Part shown: positions 37,569 through 47,444 of the stretch, piece after piece
Numbering within the stretch: position 1 is the stretch's first letter
How the letters are laid out: every line of letters begins with the position of its first letter
Virus record (IMG/VR): IMGVR_UViG_3300024503_000485
Span: 1-64,000 of that record
Reading direction: 5' to 3' (one strand)
Length of the DNA: 64,000 bases
Program-made: the position numbers and the translations under genes
Notes under the pieces: model-generated
Database searches by the model: none
What the model was told of the DNA's origin: nothing
The model's input: the letters and a program-made list of their open reading frames with translations, nothing else

Positions 37569-39000
37569 CTTCAGAGCTCATCGAATTTAAAATCTCACGC
37601 AATTTTGTAGATTCGACATTAGCTCTTACTTTACCCAAACTTGCACCTTGTGTAGGATCTGTAATAACTCCATCACTATCTACGTTCTTTGGTGCTTGTA
37701 CGGTTGTTCTTGATTTGATAGATTCGATAATACTAGAACTTCCTCTACTTGCCCCTGCGTGTTCTTGTTCGTCTTCTGGTAGATCAGAAATCTTTAAACT
37801 TTCTAGATTAAATTCTAAATCTACCTTCATACCAACACCGCTAGAACTACGTGTTTTCATAAGTTGAATTTGATAGCGTCCACGTTCACGCATAGCACGT
37901 GATGTAAAAATACCAAACACATTATCTGCGGTTTGAATTTTACTTAAACCACCTGAAATATGTGAATGATCAAATTCTACTTCTTCAACAGCGCCACGAT
38001 TCAACTGACTCGCAGTTACAAGTATACAATTCTTTTCTACTGCTAGATTACGCAATTCTTCCGATACATATTTGTCTTTAATAAACAAATCTGCTGGACT
38101 AATTTTCTTACTCATAGGCATTAATAAGTCTAGATAGTCAACTAACAATACATCAACTTTTCTGCCTGTTTTAATTTCAAATTCTTTTAGATATGCTCTC
38201 AGATCGTTTGCAGTTTTACCAGAAGGCATATATTTGATTTGCAATGCTCCAGATTTCTTTCCAATGATCTTAACTTTCATTTCAACATCGTCAAGATCTT
38301 TAAAAATTTCTTTTGTTGGAATTCCAGTTGTCATTGCATCAATACGCATAGCAACTAAATCTTCCGAAAGTTCTAATGTTAGGTACACGACGTTAAGTCC
38401 TTGCAAACACCAATTAACACCTAAGTTTGCCAAGAACAAAGATTTACCTGCACCCGAACCACCGGCAAAAATATTCAACTCTCCGCGGTTCATTCCACCA
38501 AACAATTTACGATCAAGACTTGGCCAACCTGTGCTAATTTGTCCGTTCTTATCTTTAATTTTTAATAAACGAGCTCTCGGGTCTGCAAAATAATCAGTGC
38601 CCATATCTTTAGTTAAAGATATTTGAACTGCTTCTTTAATCTTCGTTTCAACCTGACCGTAGTCTTTCTTTTCTAATAAATCTGCTGAGTCAATGATTGC
38701 ACGTTCAAGCGCCTTGTGCCTAGTAAAAGACTCGAATTCATCCATTAGCCATTCGTTGTGACCTTCTTTTATATCTTCAGGTTTTTTAAGATCTATCCTG
38801 CAACTTGCATTAACCATTTCATAGTCAGGCAATACAGCATATTCTTTTGCATACACATTGATAAATTCTGCTGCATCTTGTAACTTTCGATCAAACAATG
38901 TGTGATCAAAGATACCTTGACAACGAACAAATACTTCTGCATCTGCAAGCATCAACTCGAGATATAATTTTTGTACTTCGTAATCGTATGTTTTTATCAT
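37555..39000 (-). CDS. replicative DnaB-like helicase (T4 gp41-like)
   Basis: GGSGAGKS, TLELSE, LVDYLDL, TASQLNR, MKTR. Confidence 0.95.
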   Translation of the reverse strand: MIKTYDYEVQKLYLELMLADAEVFVRCQGIFDHTLFDRKLQDAAEFINVYAKEYAVLPDYEMVNASCRIDLKKPEDIKEGHNEWLMDEFESFTRHKALERAIIDSADLLEKKDYGQVETKIKEAVQISLTKDMGTDYFADPRARLLKIKDKNGQISTGWPSLDRKLFGGMNRGELNIFAGGSGAGKSLFLANLGVNWCLQGLNVVYLTLELSEDLVAMRIDAMTTGIPTKEIFKDLDDVEMKVKIIGKKSGALQIKYMPSGKTANDLRAYLKEFEIKTGRKVDVLLVDYLDLLMPMSKKISPADLFIKDKYVSEELRNLAVEKNCILVTASQLNRGAVEEVEFDHSHISGGLSKIQTADNVFGIFTSRAMRERGRYQIQLMKTRSSSGVGMKVDLEFNLESLKISDLPEDEQEHAGASRGSSSIIESIKSRTTVQAPKNVDSDGVITDPTQGASLGKVRANVESTKLREILNSMSSEDETY

Positions 39001-39617
39001 CTTATAATTTTATAATCTACAACAATGCATCGTCTCGGTGTTGACTTTACCGGATATACACCATGTAAGACACTTCCTGTCATTAAAATACAACGCCCTT
39101 CTTTAGGCATTAATGTTTTATAAATCGTTTCCTCACCACCTGCTATTACAGCAAAAATAGAACCCCACGCTGATTCTTTTGGCGGATCTTGCGGTTTATA
39201 ATGATATAAATTATCAAGATAAATGACCTGCGTAACACAATCGCTATCATGATTATGCATACTTTGCCATCCGTTTTCTTGATAGTCCATATACCACGCA
39301 ATAGTTGGCTGAATATTTAAATTCAACTCGTGATCAAATAATGTCTTTTTAGTCCATTCAAAAAGTTTTTCCTGAATGTTTTGCCAATTATTATGTGGTT
39401 TAAAATTGCCTGAAAATTGCCTATGATAAAATGTTTCTGATAATTTATTATCGCACCAAAGTGGATACTGCCTGGCATTGACTGCTACGGTTTCTTTGCT
39501 ATATTCTTTTGTTTCATCTAAATCTGTTGTTAATACAAATAGTTCTTTGTAATTGGGATAAAATGAATCAACAAGCCATTGTGTTCCACTAACATATTTC
39601 ATAACTTTATTATACAC
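38997..39617 (-). CDS. 2OG-Fe(II) oxygenase-like protein
   Basis: AWYMDY...HNHD...VIYL...LHGVYP...RRCIVVD. Confidence 0.65.
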   Translation of the reverse strand: MYNKVMKYVSGTQWLVDSFYPNYKELFVLTTDLDETKEYSKETVAVNARQYPLWCDNKLSETFYHRQFSGNFKPHNNWQNIQEKLFEWTKKTLFDHELNLNIQPTIAWYMDYQENGWQSMHNHDSDCVTQVIYLDNLYHYKPQDPPKESAWGSIFAVIAGGEETIYKTLMPKEGRCILMTGSVLHGVYPVKSTPRRCIVVDYKIIR

Positions 39618-40554
39618 GAACCTCTATGTGTTTTACAACCCCAAGGTTAGCATTCCAGACTCGTTGCTTGGTATGATATAATACAGCACCGATACTACTA
39701 CTAGGATCACCAGGTTGTGGCAGGCTCCAAATATAGTTAAACTTTGGCTCTACTACTGATTTATTTGTTTTACTATTCATCGCGCAACCGCCCATGTATA
39801 CTAGACAATCAGTACCTGTTAGATCTTTGGCTTTTTTCATAACCATATCAACTTGTTCAGTAAACACTTCTTGAACAGCGGCAGCTATGTGATATTTGTT
39901 TTCTTCTGTAACTTCAAACGGCCAATCCCAAATACCTTTATGCATGTTTTTATATGCAGTTACTAAAGTTCCCATATATTCTTTTACAGCAAAATAATAT
40001 TTGTTAGGATCTCCCTTATCGGAATCTTGTTGTAATAAAAATTCATCTTGAACCGGTTTGTAACCAATAAGTTCTGTGAATGCAGAATAAAATAATCCTA
40101 GGCTATTAGGATAATCTTTATGCCAAACTTTTTTAATTTCTCCGTGCTTACCTTCCCAGATACTAGCACATTCCCACTCACCTATAGCATCAAGGACTAC
40201 AATTGCACAATGATTAAAGGGACTGGTATAATATCCGGCAGCAGCATGGCTAGCATGATGTGGGGTATAATGAATCTTTGCATAGTCGGCTCTAATTTGT
40301 CTAATATAATTTGATGGTAATGCAGAAAAATCAAACACTCTATTCCATTGACCTGCATAGGCCTGGCGTGTTTTCTTAACCCAGGGGCGTTCATACCAAA
40401 AAATATTATCCGGAGTCCCTACATCAAGAGCCTTCCTGATAGTGCTACTTTCTAGTGTATCAGATTTATCGAATGTGTTCGAAACAAATTCGTTATTTTT
40501 AAACACGGCTAGACTCGAGCCGTGATTGAGTGCGTTAATTCCCCAATTAATCAT
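39610..40554 (-). CDS. carbamoyltransferase N-terminal (NodU/CmcH, Kae1-like) domain
   Basis: HHASHAAAGYY, VLDAIGE, SLGLFYS, GGCAMNS, PGDPSSSIGA. Confidence 0.85.
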   Translation of the reverse strand: MINWGINALNHGSSLAVFKNNEFVSNTFDKSDTLESSTIRKALDVGTPDNIFWYERPWVKKTRQAYAGQWNRVFDFSALPSNYIRQIRADYAKIHYTPHHASHAAAGYYTSPFNHCAIVVLDAIGEWECASIWEGKHGEIKKVWHKDYPNSLGLFYSAFTELIGYKPVQDEFLLQQDSDKGDPNKYYFAVKEYMGTLVTAYKNMHKGIWDWPFEVTEENKYHIAAAVQEVFTEQVDMVMKKAKDLTGTDCLVYMGGCAMNSKTNKSVVEPKFNYIWSLPQPGDPSSSIGAVLYHTKQRVWNANLGVVKHIEVRV

Positions 40555-40647
40555 TTGTAGATAAACGGATCACGTTTTCTCAGTTCAGCAAGACGTTTTT
40601 TCCATGCCTTGTGTTCTTGATATTTCCTCCAGGGAAATGTAATAAAA

Positions 40648-41676
40648 TCAATTATTGTTTTCAGCATTTTTTAATATCTCTAATTTAGTTTGAAGGTTAC
40701 GTTTAGCAATTTCAATTTTAATAGGACCTTCTTGTGCTGTTTTAATAGCATCGACAATGACAAATAATTTTCCATATTTTTGTACTGCATCGGCAGTATC
40801 TTTTACATCATTGTCCCACGTTGGAAAAGCTACCTTCCATCCTAATTCTTTGGCCTGTTCTATCAAAATTAAACCTGCTTTGTCTTGGTCAGGAATCACA
40901 ATAACTTCCTTGCCTAGACTATTAATTATCCTACTTTGTTGTTCAGAAACTTCATTAGTGAGAAGTGCAACACCGCCTACAGCTAATGCATCAAATGGTC
41001 CTTCGCATACAAATACATATTTGTGATCTTCAGATTGTTCGTCAACATTAAAGACAAAAAACGGATGTTGATCTGATAGATATTTTGGTTTTCCGTCGGT
41101 GACTTTTCTGGCAGTATTGCCAACGATTTTTCCTTGATAGAAAAACGGAATAATGACTCGAGTTTCGTAACCGGCAGCAGGACTCCAATAAAAATGATTA
41201 TCTAATGGATCAAATCCTCTCAAAGATATGTATTCTATAACAGGATCTAACCAAAGAGCAGTCATGTCGTCATACATGTCAAGCCATTTGGCTATTGGCA
41301 TTGCGCCTTCTGGAAGCTCTTTTTCTGTAAAGTCTACTTTAGGTTGGTATTGTTCAGGCTTGTACTCTTCGCTTTCTGTTTTAAGAGCTTCAAAGATCAT
41401 TTCTTTAACTATATCATCGCTGGCGCCCATCCATCGAACCAACGTTTTCATTTTTTCGCCAATTGGACTTCCTGGTTGCCATCCGGTGGTAAATTTGCAG
41501 TTAAAGCAGTTATAGACTATTCCGTTACCGTCGAAGCGAACGCCTGCCCGTTTACGAGTATCCGGACTATGTCCGCGATGCTGGCAACAAGGTGCGTTGA
41601 AACTGAGCCAACCAGAAGGGCTCGGTTTAGTTTTAACAGGAAGCAATCTACGAAATAAGTCTACGACCATAGTCAT
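40648..41676 (-). CDS. DNA primase (T4 gp61-like)
   Basis: Zn-binding APCC...CFNC; TOPRIM VCEGPFDA and PDQD. Confidence 0.9.
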   Translation of the reverse strand: MTMVVDLFRRLLPVKTKPSPSGWLSFNAPCCQHRGHSPDTRKRAGVRFDGNGIVYNCFNCKFTTGWQPGSPIGEKMKTLVRWMGASDDIVKEMIFEALKTESEEYKPEQYQPKVDFTEKELPEGAMPIAKWLDMYDDMTALWLDPVIEYISLRGFDPLDNHFYWSPAAGYETRVIIPFFYQGKIVGNTARKVTDGKPKYLSDQHPFFVFNVDEQSEDHKYVFVCEGPFDALAVGGVALLTNEVSEQQSRIINSLGKEVIVIPDQDKAGLILIEQAKELGWKVAFPTWDNDVKDTADAVQKYGKLFVIVDAIKTAQEGPIKIEIAKRNLQTKLEILKNAENNN

Positions 41677-41688
41677 AAACTTATTATA

Positions 41689-42519
41689 CTATCTGTATAG
41701 TATCTTGTCAAATGTTCCTGTATTAGGAATTGCCGGTTTGTGTTTGACTCTTAACCATTTCCATTTTCCTTCAATATTTGAATAGGAAAGATTATTAGTG
41801 GTAAAGGTCAGTGTGTCCAATGTGGTCCAGGATGTTGGAGTTCCACCTTCAAACATACTACCTTCTATAGTAACTTCGCCGGAATAATTGGTCATATAAA
41901 AAGCAAAGGTATGTGTGCTTTTTGATGTTGATAATTCATAACTAGCGTCAATTAAACTGCTATAATAAATTGGATTTCCGGTGTCACCTGTTACGCTAGG
42001 CTGTAATAATAAAAACTTTGTTATTTCAATACTATCTAACGGATCGCCTTGGGCATCTCCTTTAATCTCAATAACAGCTTCGGTGCCGTATTGGCTATCA
42101 ATGTATACCGGAGTTTTTTTGGCAACGTATTTGGTTGTATCTGCACTATCTAAAGTACGTTCTTCTTTATAGATGCTATATTGATAAAAACCAGGTCGTA
42201 AATCATAAAGTTCGCTGGCGGTTAACTCGACATTGAGTTTACCAGACGACAGCGTAACTACGGTACAATCTTTGGATAATACAAGTTCTCGATTTTCACG
42301 ATTAACAAGATTAAAAACAAATGAATAGTTTTTGTTTGTTAAATCAATTGCTTTTTCGTCTGAATTTCTAACCTGTATATCTATAGGATTATCAATACCG
42401 CGATAAATTTTTATATTTCTATTATACACTCTACGATACCTCTCTGTTGTCCAAGATCCGGGAACATTTGTATAGACATCGATTCTATTTGGATATAAAT
42501 AAACTGGATTTAGTTGCAT
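41689..42519 (-). CDS. hypothetical protein (possibly structural)
   Basis: beta-rich; YRGIDNPIDIQVRNSDEK; late-type TAAATA upstream. Confidence 0.6.
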   Translation of the reverse strand: MQLNPVYLYPNRIDVYTNVPGSWTTERYRRVYNRNIKIYRGIDNPIDIQVRNSDEKAIDLTNKNYSFVFNLVNRENRELVLSKDCTVVTLSSGKLNVELTASELYDLRPGFYQYSIYKEERTLDSADTTKYVAKKTPVYIDSQYGTEAVIEIKGDAQGDPLDSIEITKFLLLQPSVTGDTGNPIYYSSLIDASYELSTSKSTHTFAFYMTNYSGEVTIEGSMFEGGTPTSWTTLDTLTFTTNNLSYSNIEGKWKWLRVKHKPAIPNTGTFDKILYR

Positions 42520-42548
42520 ACACTAGTGAGCCCTTTAGCATATTTAGT

Positions 42549-42920
42549 ATGAGAATAACAGAAAATTTACAACAAAACTTTCCTTTTATAAGTGTTATAA
42601 ACCACGTAAATCAAGAATACGTGGGTATTATCATTAATCAGGATGCGCAGGTAACCAGCTTTTACGATTACGTAGCATTACGGAGCGAAGAAGAAAAATC
42701 TAAGTTTTTAGAGCTTGGAGAAGCATGGTGGTGGGAATCAAATAGACAAATTCCTATCAACATATTCCTAGCTAAAGAAATACAGGTATTTAGATACGCT
42801 ATTAAAAATTTTGCAACTAAAGATGTAAGGGTAATGTTTGGACCGTGTACTAGTTTAAATGATATTATCACAAAAAGAATTAAGCGTAAATCAATTACAC
42901 TAGTTAGGCGAAGTACTTAA
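42549..42920 (+). CDS. hypothetical phage protein
   Basis: FPFIS...WWWESNRQIPINIFL; start ATG 42549. Confidence 0.7.
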   Translation: MRITENLQQNFPFISVINHVNQEYVGIIINQDAQVTSFYDYVALRSEEEKSKFLELGEAWWWESNRQIPINIFLAKEIQVFRYAIKNFATKDVRVMFGPCTSLNDIITKRIKRKSITLVRRST

Positions 42921-43495
42921 CTAAATCCGTAACTAACACCTTCGCAGATTAGATTCATCTGAACAACAATAGCCATGGCATATGCTGTAGCATGGCTTTT
43001 CTTAAAATAGTATTCGTCATTCTCCGGTTTCGTCCATACTTCCGTCATCACCGTAGTCCAATCTTTGCCAATCAGATAACGTTTCGCTGGGCGTATCATT
43101 GCTAGAATGGCCGCCAGTTGTTCCACACTCTTTGGCTTCATTTGTCTTAATATAGAACCATGCCCGTTTACGTGAAAGAGTAAGTTGACGAAATCGTCTT
43201 GCTCTAAAAGATCCCATAGTGGCTCCGTATTCATTAGTTGGATAAGATGTTCTTCATTACGTACACCTTTGTATATGTGAACATTTAAAAAATCTATCTT
43301 AAAATAACCTAAATCCTCTGCCTGATCGTAAGGAATAGAACAAAGTCCAGAAACGGCATCAACAGGAACATCGTGTAGGTATATTCCTGTATTATGTTTG
43401 ACTAATTTAGTATCTTCAAGTCTACTTGCAGATGTAGTCTTAAAAAATTTAAGAGCCTCGTCTCTGTTAACAAAGTCTATATCGATATCTGGCAT
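42917..43495 (-). CDS. miniature DNA polymerase III alpha (DnaE)-like catalytic fragment
   Basis: PDIDIDF, KHNTGIYL, GYFKIDFL, KPKSVEQLAAILAMIRP, FKKSHATAYA. Confidence 0.85.
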   Translation of the reverse strand: MPDIDIDFVNRDEALKFFKTTSASRLEDTKLVKHNTGIYLHDVPVDAVSGLCSIPYDQAEDLGYFKIDFLNVHIYKGVRNEEHLIQLMNTEPLWDLLEQDDFVNLLFHVNGHGSILRQMKPKSVEQLAAILAMIRPAKRYLIGKDWTTVMTEVWTKPENDEYYFKKSHATAYAMAIVVQMNLICEGVSYGFS

Positions 43496-43719
43496 TACTG
43501 CAACCTAGTGCTTTCAAATAATAATAAAGGTAGTGTGTCTGCTAAGAATTGTGCATATTCTTCGGCATCTTCTTCGTCGTCAAACCCGCTAAATTTAACA
43601 TAAACATCGGGCGAATCAGAACCAACCACTACCTCAATATCAATGTCATCCCTTGAAATAAATTCCTCGTTTTCTTTAAGTTCTTCTTCTACTATCTCTT
43701 CTTTTTGTCGTTTTGGCAT
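43495..43719 (-). CDS. small acidic protein
   Basis: Coupled to the DnaE-like gene. Confidence 0.6.
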   Translation of the reverse strand: MPKRQKEEIVEEELKENEEFISRDDIDIEVVVGSDSPDVYVKFSGFDDEEDAEEYAQFLADTLPLLLFESTRLQ

Positions 43720-44402
43720 TATTGTATCTTCGCCTCCTTGATGACATCTTTAACTAATTCAATATCGGCGGGCAGTGATTTAAAACGTCTAAGCCAGAAC
43801 TGAGGATCAATAACTGGACCAACTATTTCTAACTGCTCGTCGTTCATGCGTGTAAGCATGTCTTTACCAGACTTGCTATTTAACAATATCCATGGACTAA
43901 TTAATCCTTCTCGAATATCGTGAGCAGCTCTATTTAAATTAACAAATGCAAAATAATGTTCCCACGGAGCATTGTTTTTTTCACCCCAATCCATCATAGT
44001 TGATATAGTTCTTTGAATTGCTCCGTCTGCAGGTTCTTTCTTAATCATCTCGGTGATATAAGTTTCGTACAATTCATCTCTACACCAGTGGTCTAATTTC
44101 ACCCCACTTCGTAAAACGTAGTCTATAAACATTTCCGGATAAATGGGGGCGGTGTTAACTAAAAAACTTCCAAATTTTACAAATGCTGTGTAATAAGGAC
44201 TTGATGCAAATTCGTCAAAGGTTTTTTGAACTTTTCCTTTGCTAGACAATTCATAAAATTTCTGAAATGTTAAAAGTCCTGCCTGAACATGTTTTTCATT
44301 TTTGGCTAGGTATCGACGTTTTTGTTCACAAATATGCACGGTCAAAGTTTTTTCTTTGACAAATTCCTTACCGCAATGCTCGCATTTAAAATTTGATTGC
44401 AT
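43719..44402 (-). CDS. C2H2-type zinc-finger protein
   Basis: CEHCGKEF...HIC. Confidence 0.7.
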   Translation of the reverse strand: MQSNFKCEHCGKEFVKEKTLTVHICEQKRRYLAKNEKHVQAGLLTFQKFYELSSKGKVQKTFDEFASSPYYTAFVKFGSFLVNTAPIYPEMFIDYVLRSGVKLDHWCRDELYETYITEMIKKEPADGAIQRTISTMMDWGEKNNAPWEHYFAFVNLNRAAHDIREGLISPWILLNSKSGKDMLTRMNDEQLEIVGPVIDPQFWLRRFKSLPADIELVKDVIKEAKIQ

Positions 44403-44865
44403 TGATTTCTTTTTTATCCCAACCAAGTGACGCACAATATTCCTTAATTTCTTTATCGGTAGATATCATGGCAAGAGTCTCGACATCCGACCATTTCATG
44501 TTTGGAAATAAATTTGCTAAAAACTCTTCTTTTTTGTTTTTCTCACGTTTTAAAGGAAGCCATTCGTGAAAATATGTTTTCTTAGTTTCGTGAGAGCATA
44601 AACACAAAGACTGCCATAAAAGTTTAGGATGTTTTTGTATTCCTGCCCAATTCTTGTTATAAAATTCATTTACGGTTAATACAAAATGTTCTTGTAATTC
44701 TCGATTACTCGATTTTACATTACTAATATAACGTGTAAGATTCCACAAGTCGCCTTTGATTTCTTTACGACCATCTTCTGTAGCAGCATCCCAAAGTTCT
44801 TTTAATCCCATGTCCACTGCTGGGATCATATCTTTAAAAAGGTCTACGTGTTTATTCTTGCCCAT
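44386..44865 (-). CDS. possible clamp-loader small subunit (gp62-like)
   Basis: LTRYISNV...NEFYNKNW...KHPKLLWQ; located in replication cluster. Confidence 0.45.
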   Translation of the reverse strand: MGKNKHVDLFKDMIPAVDMGLKELWDAATEDGRKEIKGDLWNLTRYISNVKSSNRELQEHFVLTVNEFYNKNWAGIQKHPKLLWQSLCLCSHETKKTYFHEWLPLKREKNKKEEFLANLFPNMKWSDVETLAMISTDKEIKEYCASLGWDKKEINAIKF

Positions 44866-45199
44866 TATTTTTACTCAGGTAATACAACATTTTAACACGA
44901 TTAAGCGCCTCGTGTAAAGCAGGATTAGTCTTCGCGGCCTGCCGAATATTGTACCAAAGTTGATTTTCTAAAATGCTTTCTCTTGAAGCACCGCGAACTC
45001 TTGACGGATTATCTTCGGGTATCCAGTCCCACCCTATTGGCATTCTTTCTTCAACCGGTGCACCTTTTTCTCGAGCATATACAACACCTTCTTGGCGTTC
45101 ATAGATATACTCGGCACCTGGTTTAAGACTGCCCATGATTATATCCCACCGTTTCTCTTTCAATGTCGTCATGATCAAATTCTGCCCAATACAATTCAA
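44852..45199 (-). CDS. hypothetical protein
   Basis: LKPGAEYIYER...VYAR. Confidence 0.6.
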   Translation of the reverse strand: MNCIGQNLIMTTLKEKRWDIIMGSLKPGAEYIYERQEGVVYAREKGAPVEERMPIGWDWIPEDNPSRVRGASRESILENQLWYNIRQAAKTNPALHEALNRVKMLYYLSKNNGQE

Positions 45200-45479
45200 A
45201 TGCTACCGTATCTTCAAGGGCTTCAAATTGATGATATTCGCCAGGCATCACTTTAGTAAAATCGCCTGCTTCTAAGATAGTCTCATCGACAAGATCGTAG
45301 TTGTTTTTCCAAACACGAATAATAAGTTTACCTGATTCAACAAAAAATCCATTCCACTTATATTTGTGTTTATGCTTTGAACAGACGCCGCCTTTCCGGG
45401 CTTCAATACGGTGAAACTCTAATACACCATTGGCTTCAAGGAGTTCTGTTTGACCCCACACTTTACCTGCTTTCATCAT
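45123..45479 (-). CDS. cupin-domain protein
   Basis: KVWGQTE, CSKHKH, PGEYHQFEA. Confidence 0.8.
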   Translation of the reverse strand: MMKAGKVWGQTELLEANGVLEFHRIEARKGGVCSKHKHKYKWNGFFVESGKLIIRVWKNNYDLVDETILEAGDFTKVMPGEYHQFEALEDTVAFELYWAEFDHDDIERETVGYNHGQS

Positions 45480-45486
45480 AATCCTT

Positions 45487-45993
45487 TTAAATGACCTTAT
45501 CGAGTTGAAGTATCTCGCATTGTCTACTTACTTCTTTAACAAAAAATGCACACGGAGGATTATCTCCGTCGTGCAATGGAACCGTGAGCATATGTCCGTT
45601 TTTCATTTTAGGAAAATACCAACGAACATCTTGATAGATATTAATAATTTCAATAGGAAAATATTCTGCCTTAAATCCTTTAATAGGATTAAAAATAAGA
45701 GCATCAAATCCCCGTTCATTGATGCTAGTTAACGGCAATACTTCTGGATCTAATCCGCAGTCTTTATCCCCTACTACCATACACCAATCCAAAGGCATTT
45801 GTACTTCATACCCGCCAATGTTTAATAAAATGGCTGGGCTATTAAATGACTCTAAAAATATTAGAGGCATAAAATAAAAATCTGGTTCGCTAGGGTTAGA
45901 ATTATCTAATACACTAAATCTCGTATCTTCATCTACCTCTTCTGGTAAATCATTTAAATCAAATGATTTATTGTTTAATGTTAAAATTCTCAT
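45487..45993 (-). CDS. hypothetical phage protein
   Basis: PDFYFMPLIFLESFNSPA. Confidence 0.7.
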   Translation of the reverse strand: MRILTLNNKSFDLNDLPEEVDEDTRFSVLDNSNPSEPDFYFMPLIFLESFNSPAILLNIGGYEVQMPLDWCMVVGDKDCGLDPEVLPLTSINERGFDALIFNPIKGFKAEYFPIEIINIYQDVRWYFPKMKNGHMLTVPLHDGDNPPCAFFVKEVSRQCEILQLDKVI

Positions 45994-47444
45994 GTTGTTA
46001 CCTTTGTAATTGTGAAAGGATATTTTGCTTCTTTATAATATTTTTTCCTTTCAGTTAAATGCCGTTTGGCATATTTGCATGTAGAGGTAATATCCCAAAT
46101 CTCTACATGGTCTTTGTCTTCTGCTTTTCTAATGCCTCGTCCAATAGATTGGATAACGCGGACAAAGCTCTTTCCGGGCTCAATAAGAACCAGATTAAAA
46201 ATCCTTGGAATATTAATACCCACAGCGGCCACACCGTAAGTCGCCACAATAATCTTGTCATCACTTGTTTTAACATCATCGTATTCTTCTTTCCTGTCAT
46301 CTAATTTAACAGAGCCGTTGATAAAGACCGCACCGGGTAGTAGGTTAATTAACTTGTCTCCTGTGTCAATCCTGTTGACTAAGACAAGTGTATTTCCTGA
46401 AGTGGAAATATCTTTAACCTTATTTGCAATCCAACTAATTCTAGTAGGATCGGTAACTAACCATGAATATTCTTCGGCGTAACTTCTGAATACTTCTATG
46501 TTGTTAGTTTGTAAAATATTAATATTGAGTTGAGCAAGAACATCTTTTTGTTGTAAATCATAAGCAGATACACGATTAATAACTGGACCTATACTTGCAA
46601 GTATGCCTTGAAACTCCCAAGCTTCTTTAGGTATGGTGCCTGTTAATCCCCAACGTATAGCGCAGTTTTTAAAATTTTGAGTCAATAATTTTGTTAAAAC
46701 ATCTGCTTTGGCCTGATGAACTTCGTCAACAATAATAGCCACAACCCCTTCGCAAAATTCTGCAAGGCTAAGACTTTCTTCATCATAGCTTTTTTTGTCT
46801 AATACATTAAGACTTTGCCATGTACAGATAGTGTGTGTTCGATTTAATTCTTTTCGATCACCGAAATACACACCAACATCTAAACCTAGGTTTTTGTAGT
46901 CTTCTTCAGTCTGGACAACAAGCGATTTGTTCGGAACAATAACCATCGTACGACCATACGGTTCACAAAGATGCGACAACGTCGCTGTAGTAATCGTTTT
47001 ACCTGCACCTGTTGCTACCTCCTGTAAGGCTTGTTGATTTTCTAAAAATTTATTAACAACATCGTATTGATAATCTCTCAATATGATAGGTTTACCTGCT
47101 TCTGGATGACCTTTTGGCCATGTCTTGCCTTTGTCAGCCCAATAGTTTTCATTTATTTGCTTAAAGTCAAACGCATGAGGTTGTCTTAGATCCTCTACAT
47201 CAATATCAAATCCTGATTCTTCAATAATAGGTAATATAACATCTAAGTGTGCTAGATATCCATTGCCGCCAATACCAAAATATGTTTTAGTACCGTCCCA
47301 TCTACCTAGTTTGTAAGCGGGCATATGACGTGCATAGGGAAGGTCATACTTGAGTTTGTTTGCTAGCTTTCTTCGAACTTCAACAGGCAAACCGTCAAGT
47401 TTAATATTAACCTCATCCTTAATTATTAATTTACAAGTCGACAA
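45990..47444 (-). CDS. uvsW: SF2 DNA helicase UvsW-like
   Basis: LRDYQ, ATGAGKT, DEVH, GLTGT, QSIGRGIR. Confidence 0.9.
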   Translation of the reverse strand: MSTCKLIIKDEVNIKLDGLPVEVRRKLANKLKYDLPYARHMPAYKLGRWDGTKTYFGIGGNGYLAHLDVILPIIEESGFDIDVEDLRQPHAFDFKQINENYWADKGKTWPKGHPEAGKPIILRDYQYDVVNKFLENQQALQEVATGAGKTITTATLSHLCEPYGRTMVIVPNKSLVVQTEEDYKNLGLDVGVYFGDRKELNRTHTICTWQSLNVLDKKSYDEESLSLAEFCEGVVAIIVDEVHQAKADVLTKLLTQNFKNCAIRWGLTGTIPKEAWEFQGILASIGPVINRVSAYDLQQKDVLAQLNINILQTNNIEVFRSYAEEYSWLVTDPTRISWIANKVKDISTSGNTLVLVNRIDTGDKLINLLPGAVFINGSVKLDDRKEEYDDVKTSDDKIIVATYGVAAVGINIPRIFNLVLIEPGKSFVRVIQSIGRGIRKAEDKDHVEIWDITSTCKYAKRHLTERKKYYKEAKYPFTITKVTT

